From NCBI GenBank assembly GCA_016189945.1, contig JACPRN010000106.1:1-51190 (forward strand): DNA of 51,190 nt, read 5' to 3'. A program made the position numbers and the translations under genes. Each line of letters opens with the position of its first letter. The stretch's first letter is position 1. This DNA is from Betaproteobacteria bacterium (GTDB lineage: Bacteria > Pseudomonadota > Gammaproteobacteria > Burkholderiales > SG8-39). The notes under the pieces were generated by a model, which was given only the letters and a program-made list of their open reading frames with translations, searched no databases and was not told where the DNA came from. Below are positions 40,376 through 46,993 of the stretch, piece after piece.

Positions 40376-40396
40376 ATCGTAGAAGAAAGGAACCCA

Positions 40397-41455
40397 ATGA
40401 AAGTCGCACTCGTCGGTCTTCCACAGAGCGGCAAGACATCCCTGTTCACGGCCCTGACCGGCACCGAGCCGAGCCGCGAGAAAGCGGGGATCACGATCGG
40501 CACTGTGAAGGTCCGGGACGCACGCGTCGACAAGCTGTCCGGGATGTACCACCCCAAGAAGACGACTTACGCCGTCATCGAGGTCGTCGAGGCGCACGCC
40601 CCTCACAAGGACGAGAGAAAGGCGAACAAATCGGCCCTGGACGCCGGGTTCCTGAACGTGGTCAAGCCGATGGACGCCTTCCTGCTCGTTGTGCGTGCCT
40701 TCGATGAGGAGGGCCTGAACGACCCGCGCGCGGACGTCGACACACTGCTGTCCGAAATGATCCTGGCCGACCTGATGCTGGTCGAGACGCGCCTCGAACG
40801 CGACGACCTCGAGCACAAGAAGGGCAAGCCGGGCATGTCGGGCGACGAGCGCGACGCACTCAATCGTTGCCGCAAGATCCTCGATAACAACCAACGCATC
40901 TACGAAGATGCGAACCTCGCGGCCCGTCCCGAACTGCGGACTTACGCCTTCCTGACGGCGCGTCCCATCCTGGCCATGGTCAACGTGAGCGAGGACGACA
41001 TCCCCAAGCCGACGGCCGAGGTCCTGGCGCGCTTCCGCCTGCCCGTAGCCGGCATCCCGACGTTCGCCTGTTGCGCCAAGTCCGAGGGCGAGATCCAGGC
41101 CATGCCCGAGACGGATCGGAAGGACTTCCGCGAAATGCTCGGCGTGCGCGAGCCGGTCCTCGACATCATGGTCCGGGAGGTCTACCTGGCCCTCGGGCTC
41201 GTCAGCTTCCTCACGACCGGCGAGGACGAGTGCCGCGCCTGGACCATTCGCCGCGGCACCTTGGCCCCACGCGCCGCCGGCGCGGTCCACGCCGACATCG
41301 AGAAGGGTTTCATCCGCGCCGAGGTCATCAGTTACGACGACTTCATAGCACTCGGTAGCGAGGCCGCGGCCAAGAAGGCCGGGAAGTACCGGTTGGAGGG
41401 GCGCGAGTACGTGGTGCAGGACGGGGATATCGTACACTTCCGGTTCAACGTCTGA
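40397..41455 (+). CDS. divergent YchF-family (DUF933/TGS-like C-terminus) P-loop NTPase
   Basis: 352 aa with RBS AAAGGAA, Walker A GLPQSGKTS, NxxE motif MVNVSEDD, and a C-terminus close to YchF (RAWTIRRGTLAPRAAGAVHADIEKGFIRAEVI...DGDIVHFRFNV). No DxxG at the switch II position. Confidence 0.8.
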   Translation: MKVALVGLPQSGKTSLFTALTGTEPSREKAGITIGTVKVRDARVDKLSGMYHPKKTTYAVIEVVEAHAPHKDERKANKSALDAGFLNVVKPMDAFLLVVRAFDEEGLNDPRADVDTLLSEMILADLMLVETRLERDDLEHKKGKPGMSGDERDALNRCRKILDNNQRIYEDANLAARPELRTYAFLTARPILAMVNVSEDDIPKPTAEVLARFRLPVAGIPTFACCAKSEGEIQAMPETDRKDFREMLGVREPVLDIMVREVYLALGLVSFLTTGEDECRAWTIRRGTLAPRAAGAVHADIEKGFIRAEVISYDDFIALGSEAAAKKAGKYRLEGREYVVQDGDIVHFRFNV

Positions 41456-41619
41456 GCAAAATTCAGGATTTCGCAGCGGATATGGCGCATCTCCCCGGGC
41501 TGCATGCGGCGGAAGCGCCACTGCGGCGGAATCGTCATGCCACGACTCCTTCAACGAGCAACGTCTTGTGATTCACTGGTGATTCAATCGCGGAGTATTT
41601 CACCGCTGTTGCTTCCGTG

Positions 41620-42108
41620 TCAGGCTTTCACGCTGCTCAAGCGCAGCATGAGCGTCATCGGATGCGTCGGCGAGGACTGAAACCCGTAGTGCTCGTAGAA
41701 CTGCTTGGCCTTCGCGTGAAGGGCGTGCACAAGAAGGGCTCTGACGCCAGCGTTCTGCGATACGGCCACCGCGCGATTGACGGCGTCCTGGAGCAAGGCA
41801 GCACCCAAATGCAGTCCCTGCGCCTTGCGATCGACCGCGAGCCGGGCGAGAACCATGACAGGAACCGGATCAGGCATGTTGCGTCGCACGCCGCTCGTTG
41901 CGAGTTGGTGCGAAACGGCGCCGGCTGCCATGGCGTAGTAGCCGCAGACGCGACTGTCCTGATCGGTGACGACAAACGTGCGGCTCGCCCCGCTTGACTG
42001 GTTGGCCAATGCCCTGCGCTTGAGCCAGTCGTCGAGCACAGCCTCGCCGCACTCGAAGTCATCCAGTCGATGTGAAGCCGCCAAGGGCTCCGGCGGACCG
42101 AGTTGCAA
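41620..42108 (-). CDS. GNAT-family acetyltransferase toxin (TacT/KacT-like)
   Basis: 162 aa, apparent TTG start 2 nt after the antitoxin stop. Contains LDDFECGEAVLDDWLKRRA, VMVLARLAVDRKAQGLHLGAALL and QFYEHYGF. Confidence 0.8.
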   Translation of the reverse strand: MQLGPPEPLAASHRLDDFECGEAVLDDWLKRRALANQSSGASRTFVVTDQDSRVCGYYAMAAGAVSHQLATSGVRRNMPDPVPVMVLARLAVDRKAQGLHLGAALLQDAVNRAVAVSQNAGVRALLVHALHAKAKQFYEHYGFQSSPTHPMTLMLRLSSVKA

Positions 42109-42110
42109 GC

Positions 42111-42389
42111 TCAGGCCTTCGCGGACTTCCTGCCCCAGGGTGCCTTGACCGCCATGAGGCGCTCAAGCCCCGGATTGCGCGTGGGCGGCGCGTCGAGCAG
42201 CTTGGTGAACTGCCGGAACTTCTCGGCATCCAATTTGAAAAATACCTGATCGAGCAGCACCGACTGGGCCTTGTCGCAGGCGGCTTCGAGCATGAAATCG
42301 GAGCGGTTCTTGCCGAGCAGCTGCGCAGCCTGGTCGATCAGTTCCCGCTGCTCGGGACGTGCCCGCAGGTTGATGGCGGCGTCGCGCAT
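42111..42389 (-). CDS. DUF1778 (RHH) antitoxin, TacA-like
   Basis: 92 aa from ATG 42389 (RBS GGGAGA): MRDAAINLRARPEQRELIDQAAQLLGKNRSDFMLEAACDKA...LDAPPTRNPGLERLM. Confidence 0.8.
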   Translation of the reverse strand: MRDAAINLRARPEQRELIDQAAQLLGKNRSDFMLEAACDKAQSVLLDQVFFKLDAEKFRQFTKLLDAPPTRNPGLERLMAVKAPWGRKSAKA

Positions 42390-42411
42390 GAGTTTCTCCC
42401 GGTTCGTACAT

Positions 42412-42455
42412 ACAACAGATATACGAATCTTACGATTCTGTATAGCAGTTGTCAA
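42412..42455 (-). promoter_or_regulatory. promoter and palindromic operator of the toxin-antitoxin operon
   Basis: Minus strand reads TTGACA (42455-42450), 17 nt, TAAGAT (42432-42427). It is overlapped by the imperfect inverted repeat ACAACAGATATACGAATC (42412-42429) / GATTCTGTATAGCAGTTGT (42434-42452). Confidence 0.6.
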
Positions 42456-42528
42456 CACACGGCCGGTCGCGCTGTCGCGAGACAATAGCCTTGCCTTGCT
42501 GCAGCGCGATTGCCCGGCAATGCACAGA

Positions 42529-42666
42529 GAGGGTTGCAAAATACGCTTTCGGCAGGAGCCTGCGGACCGCGCGCGCGGTTTCCCCGGTGTCCACCAGGTC
42601 GTCGATGAGCAGGAACCCTTCGCCGTCGCCGCTCACGCCTTCGAGCACTTGCAGCGCGAATTGTCG
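42529..42666 (-). pseudogene. gpt: internal fragment of xanthine-guanine phosphoribosyltransferase (gpt)
   Basis: Frame reads ...[46 protein letters not shown], matching the PRPP-binding core of Gpt (E. coli ...[42 protein letters not shown]). The N-terminal ~80 and C-terminal ~30 codons are absent. Confidence 0.7.
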
Positions 42667-42758
42667 TGGCCGCGCCGGGGGGCGGAGCGCGCTCCACTGC
42701 CCCAGCCCCGGCTAGAATAGGGGAAGGCAGGCGCCTGTTTTTCGGGGAGGCGAATCGC

Positions 42759-43799
42759 ATGCGAATCGAAGAAGACCTCAAGCTCGATTTCAAGGACGTT
42801 CTCATTCGGCCCAAGCGCTCGACCCTCACGTCGCGCTCCGAGGTGGACATCTCGCGGCAATACGCGTTTCGGAATTCCGCGGGCAAATACCGGGGCATTC
42901 CCATCATCGCCGCCAACATGGACACGGTGGGCACGTTCGAAATGGCCCGGGCCCTGTGCGCGCACGGGCTATCGGCAGCCCTGCACAAGCACTACGATGA
43001 ACCCGCGCTGGCGGGATTCTTCCGCGGGCTGGCCGCCGAGGCGACGGTGTTCTACTCGATGGGAATCACCGGCGCGGACTACGACAAGTTCCGCCGCGTC
43101 AGGGACGAGGTCGGCGAGGCGATTGCCTACGTCTGTATCGACGTTGCCAACGGGTACACGAAGTCTTTCGTCGATTTCATCGAGAAATTCCGCACGACCT
43201 ACCCCAAGGTCACGATCATGGCCGGCAACGTGGTCACCGGTGAAATGACCGAGGAACTCATCCTTCTGGGCGTGGACATCGTCAAGGTCGGCATCGGCCC
43301 GGGTTCGGTATGCACGACGCGCAAGATGGCAGGGGTCGGCTACCCGCAATTATCGGCCATCATCGAATGCGGCGACGCGGCGCACGGCCTGGGAGGTCTT
43401 ATCTGTTCCGACGGCGGCTGCACCGCCCCGGGGGACCTCGCCAAGGCTTTCGGCGGCGGCGCCGACTTCGTCATGCTGGGGGGAATGTTTGCCGGACATG
43501 AGGAATGCGCCGGCGACGTCGAGGAACATGGCGGGATGCGCAAGGTGAGATTTTACGGCATGAGTTCGCGCACCGCCATGGACAAGTACGCCGGCGGGGT
43601 GGGGCGCTACCGCGCCTCCGAGGGCAGGGAGGTGCTGCTCGACTATCGCGGGCCGGTTGAGGGAACGGTGCAGGAAATTCTCGGCGGGGTGCGTTCCGCC
43701 TGCACCTACGTCGGGGCCAGGCGCCTCAAGGAATTGTCCAAGAGGACGACCTTCATTCGCGTGGCCCGCCAGATGAACGAGGTGTTCGGCGCGGCCTAG
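42759..43799 (+). CDS. guaC: GMP reductase
   Basis: [23 protein letters not shown]...[12 protein letters not shown]...[14 protein letters not shown]...[12 protein letters not shown] is near-collinear with E. coli GuaC. ATG at 42759 inside ORF 42666..43799. Confidence 0.95.
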   Translation: MRIEEDLKLDFKDVLIRPKRSTLTSRSEVDISRQYAFRNSAGKYRGIPIIAANMDTVGTFEMARALCAHGLSAALHKHYDEPALAGFFRGLAAEATVFYSMGITGADYDKFRRVRDEVGEAIAYVCIDVANGYTKSFVDFIEKFRTTYPKVTIMAGNVVTGEMTEELILLGVDIVKVGIGPGSVCTTRKMAGVGYPQLSAIIECGDAAHGLGGLICSDGGCTAPGDLAKAFGGGADFVMLGGMFAGHEECAGDVEEHGGMRKVRFYGMSSRTAMDKYAGGVGRYRASEGREVLLDYRGPVEGTVQEILGGVRSACTYVGARRLKELSKRTTFIRVARQMNEVFGAA

Positions 43800-43836
43800 G
43801 CCGGTTCGCGGGCCGAGCGTTCGGCCGGCGCGCGTT

Positions 43837-44280
43837 TCAGCGCACCACCAGCACCGGTATGTCGGTGTGCATCATCACCTTGTGCGTTTCGCTCTGGATC
43901 ACGAAACGCGGTATGCCGTGGCGAATGCGCGACGCCATCACGATCAGGTCGCAGCGCTGCTCCTTCGCGACCCGAACGATGGATTCGTAGGGCGAGTAGC
44001 CGGTGATGAATGCGACCTCGGCGTCCACCCCGGCGGAGGCAGCGATCGCCACCGCCGCGTCGAGCAACTGGCGCTCTTCGACGGCGATTTCTTCCATCAC
44101 CTTGCCTTCGCCCAGGCGCGACAGGGCGCCGCCCTCGACGTGGTGCGGAATGTCAATCGGTGACCTGACATGCAGCAGCAGCATTCTGGCCCCCGCGAAC
44201 TTGGCCAACCGGGCCGCTTGCATGACGGCCTTCCCGGACAGTTCGGAGCCGTCGGTGGGTGCGAGGATATGCCGATACAT
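43837..44280 (-). CDS. universal stress protein (UspA family)
   Basis: MYRHILAPTDGSELSGKAV...LLLHV...DLIVMASR...VMMHTDIPVLVVR. ATG at 44280 inside ORF 43837..44322. Confidence 0.85.
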   Translation of the reverse strand: MYRHILAPTDGSELSGKAVMQAARLAKFAGARMLLLHVRSPIDIPHHVEGGALSRLGEGKVMEEIAVEERQLLDAAVAIAASAGVDAEVAFITGYSPYESIVRVAKEQRCDLIVMASRIRHGIPRFVIQSETHKVMMHTDIPVLVVR

Positions 44281-44439
44281 GATGGCCCGCGTCGAAACGT
44301 TACCGAAGCGCCGCGCACGCACAGACTGAGCTCAATCGCCCTGTCCATCCGTGGCCCTGAAAAGCTTGCTACACTTTTCATTCTACGGCGTTGAGCCGTT
44401 CCCTCCAACCGCGACTTGCCGGATTCACCTGGTCCCCAT

Positions 44440-45183
44440 ATGAGTCCTCTCCACTACAAATCGTTCGGGCTTCAAGATGCTGCGGCGCCGACACTGGTTT
44501 TCGTCCACGGGATGGGGGGTGGCCACTGGGTGTGGCGCCACCAGACCAGCGTATTGGCCAAATGGCGGCTGATTGCGGTGGACTTGGCCGGCCACGGGGC
44601 GAGCGCCCCGCCGGTGCCGCGGCGCGTGCATGAGCACGTGCCTTCGCTGCTCGCGCTTGCGGATTCCCTCTCGGTAAAGCGGGCGATCTGGTGCGGTCAT
44701 TCGCTGGGGGGGGCAGTCGCGATGGAATTGGCGCTGCAATGCCCCGATCGCGCAGGGGCATTGGTCCTCGTCGGGGCGCCGCCCGAATTCGATGTGCCGC
44801 CGGAGCGCATGCACCTTGTGCGCCACCAGCCCCTTGAGGCCCGCAGCGACCGCCGCTGGCTGCCCTGGAGCGATGCCACTGCCGCGGAAGTGCGCGCCGC
44901 CTATGCGTCGGCGGGGCCGGCGGCCCCGCCCGAGGTGGTGCTTTCCGACCTCGAGGCGCTCGCGCGCTTCAAGATCACGGGCCTGCTGCCCGACATCGCC
45001 TGCCCGGTGCTGGTGATCACGGGCGCCGAGGACCGCTACATCGACAAGATCCGGCTGGAGCAAAAGTACCTGCGCTCCGCGCGCTACCACGAAATCGATA
45101 AGGCCGGCCACCTCGTGATGTGGGAGCAGCCGGAGGCGACCAACCGGCTCATCGAAGAATTTCTCGCCGGTATTTCGCTTTAG
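44440..45183 (+). CDS. alpha/beta-fold hydrolase
   Basis: TLVFVHGMGGGHWVW, nucleophile elbow GHSLGG, C-terminal AGHLVMWEQPE. Substrate unknown. Confidence 0.75.
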   Translation: MSPLHYKSFGLQDAAAPTLVFVHGMGGGHWVWRHQTSVLAKWRLIAVDLAGHGASAPPVPRRVHEHVPSLLALADSLSVKRAIWCGHSLGGAVAMELALQCPDRAGALVLVGAPPEFDVPPERMHLVRHQPLEARSDRRWLPWSDATAAEVRAAYASAGPAAPPEVVLSDLEALARFKITGLLPDIACPVLVITGAEDRYIDKIRLEQKYLRSARYHEIDKAGHLVMWEQPEATNRLIEEFLAGISL

Positions 45184-45187
45184 GGAG

Positions 45188-45316
45188 GCTCTGAAAGAAC
45201 TCGATCTTTGTCACCCCCGCGAAGGCGGGGGTCCAGTCGAATCAAGGATTTTCTGGATTCCCGCCCCCGCTTCCGCGGGGGCATGCTTACCACGCGGGAA
45301 TGACGTTTTTCAGAGC
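45188..45316. repeat. MITE/REP-like composite palindromic element
   Basis: Outer inverted repeat GCTCTGAAA (45188-45196) / TTTCAGAGC (45308-45316). Inner GC hairpins ACCCCCGC-GAAG-GCGGGGGT and CCCCCGC-TTCC-GCGGGGG. GTCACCCCCGCG ... CGCGGGAATGAC termini. No ORF. Confidence 0.55.
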
Positions 45317-45377
45317 TTCCTTAGGCGCTTGGCGAAGGGACCTTGACGGCGTTGGCGGGAATTTGCCGCTAAATATC

Positions 45378-45426
45378 TCTCCACGCTCTTGCGCAGTTGC
45401 CGCGCAACTGCGCAAGAGCGTGGAGA
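45378..45426. repeat. perfect 23-bp-stem / 3-nt-loop hairpin
   Basis: TCTCCACGCTCTTGCGCAGTTGC-CGC-GCAACTGCGCAAGAGCGTGGAGA between the convergent hydrolase and apt genes. No clear U-tract on the plus strand, only ATATTT on the minus strand. Confidence 0.8.
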
Positions 45427-45485
45427 TCGATAAACGACAAAACCAATACCGCGGCGTCCGGCTCGCTTGGCATGGGTCTAGCGAG

Positions 45486-46013
45486 TCAATCGCCCTCGAA
45501 CTCGCACAAGGCGAACACCTTGTGCTTGAGTTTTTCCAGGCGCTTGCGCCCGCCGATGTCGGGCAGGTCGATGACAAAGCAGCATTCGACCACCTTGCCC
45601 CCTATTTTCTCGATCAGCTTGACCGCCGCTTCGGCCGTGCCGCCGGTGGCGAGGAGGTCATCGACCAGCAGCACCCGCTCGCCCTTCCTGATCGCGTCGG
45701 TGTGCATCTCGATGCGGTCGGCGCCGTATTCCAGTTCGTAGTCGTGGCCGACGGTTTCGGCGGGGAGCTTGCCCTTCTTGCGAATCGGCACGAAGCCGAC
45801 GCCCAACTGGTAGGCGAGCGCCGCGCCGATGATGAAGCCGCGCGATTCGATGCCGGCGATCTTGTCGATGTCCTTTGCCGTGTAGCGATGGACGAATTCG
45901 TTGATGGTGACGCGAAATCCGACCGGATCCTTGAGCAGCGTGGTGATGTCGCGGAACATGATCCCCTGCTTGGGGTAATGCGGAACGGTGCGGATGAGCG
46001 ATTTGATGGTCAC
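45486..46013 (-). CDS. apt: adenine phosphoribosyltransferase
   Basis: [25 protein letters not shown] ... GIESRGF ... [17 protein letters not shown] start. Confidence 0.95.
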   Translation of the reverse strand: MTIKSLIRTVPHYPKQGIMFRDITTLLKDPVGFRVTINEFVHRYTAKDIDKIAGIESRGFIIGAALAYQLGVGFVPIRKKGKLPAETVGHDYELEYGADRIEMHTDAIRKGERVLLVDDLLATGGTAEAAVKLIEKIGGKVVECCFVIDLPDIGGRKRLEKLKHKVFALCEFEGD

Positions 46014-46016
46014 GAT

Positions 46017-46925
46017 TCATTCTCCCTTCTTGCGCGTCGATTGCAGCACGCGTCCGGCGACGGCGTCGAGACGCTCGAGCATGCCGCGATCGCGCGCCGC
46101 AGGCGCGGTGATCAGGGCGTGCTCGAGCGCGAAGCGGCACGCGCACCGGCTCGCCTGCGAATCATCCCTCACCCTGGGGGCCAGACTCTTTACCATGGTG
46201 CGCGCTTTTTCGGCGTTGGCGAGCAGGACCTTGACGATCGCATCCACGCTCACGTCGTCGTGGTGGGGGTGCCAGCAGTCATAGTCGGTCACCATGGCCA
46301 CCGTCGCGTAGCACATCTCGGCTTCGCGCGCGAGCTTTGCTTCGGGCATGTTGGTCATGCCGATGACGTCGCAGTTCCAGGTGCGGTAGAGCTCGGATTC
46401 CGCCAGGCTGGAGAATTGCGGTCCCTCCATGACGAGATACGTTCCTCCGCGCGCCATCTCGATGCCCGATTCCCGGATCGCCTCCTCGAGGTGGCCGGCC
46501 AGGCGCTCGCATACCGGGTGGGCCATGGAAACATGCGCCACCAGCCCCGTGCCGAAAAAACTCTTGTCGCGCGCAAAAGTCTTGTCGATGAACTGATCGA
46601 CGATGACGAACATGCCCGGATGCAGGTGCTCGCGCAGCGAGCCGACGGCGCTCACCGAAATGACCTCGGTCACCCCCAGGCGCTTGAGCGCGTCGATATT
46701 GGCGCGGAAATTGATATCCGATGGCGGCAGCCTGTGCCCGCGCCCGTGCCGCGGCAGAAACGCCATCGGCTGGCTTGCGAACTCCCCGCACAGGATCTCG
46801 TCGGAGGGTTCCCCGAACGGGGATGCGACCTTCACCCAACGCTTGGCCCGGAGGCCGTCGATATCGTAGAGGCCGCTGCCGCCGATCACGCCCAGCACCG
46901 GCCTGACTTGCTTCGCGTTCACCAT
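46017..46925 (-). CDS. mtnP: S-methyl-5'-thioadenosine phosphorylase
   Basis: LGVIGGSGLYD ... FLPRHGRGHRLPPSDINFRANI ... EGPQFSSLAESELYR..CDVIGMTNMPEAKLAREAE. Confidence 0.9.
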   Translation of the reverse strand: MVNAKQVRPVLGVIGGSGLYDIDGLRAKRWVKVASPFGEPSDEILCGEFASQPMAFLPRHGRGHRLPPSDINFRANIDALKRLGVTEVISVSAVGSLREHLHPGMFVIVDQFIDKTFARDKSFFGTGLVAHVSMAHPVCERLAGHLEEAIRESGIEMARGGTYLVMEGPQFSSLAESELYRTWNCDVIGMTNMPEAKLAREAEMCYATVAMVTDYDCWHPHHDDVSVDAIVKVLLANAEKARTMVKSLAPRVRDDSQASRCACRFALEHALITAPAARDRGMLERLDAVAGRVLQSTRKKGE

Positions 46926-46993
46926 GCCCTCGAATCCCTCTGCCAGAACTCAGCCGCCAAGTGTACGCGATCGGGCGCGAAAACGATCTTCGT

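Noticed and set aside
41456-41619. Small minus-strand ORF (MTIPPQWRFRRMQPGEMRHIRCEILNFAQT...) and a GTGATTCA-N3-GTGATTCA direct repeat between the YchF-like gene and the GNAT toxin.
   Set aside because: The ORF mostly overlaps the YchF-like gene end, has no recognisable family and no RBS. The 8-bp repeat is too short to interpret. It is noted only as part of the cassette's unexplained spacer.
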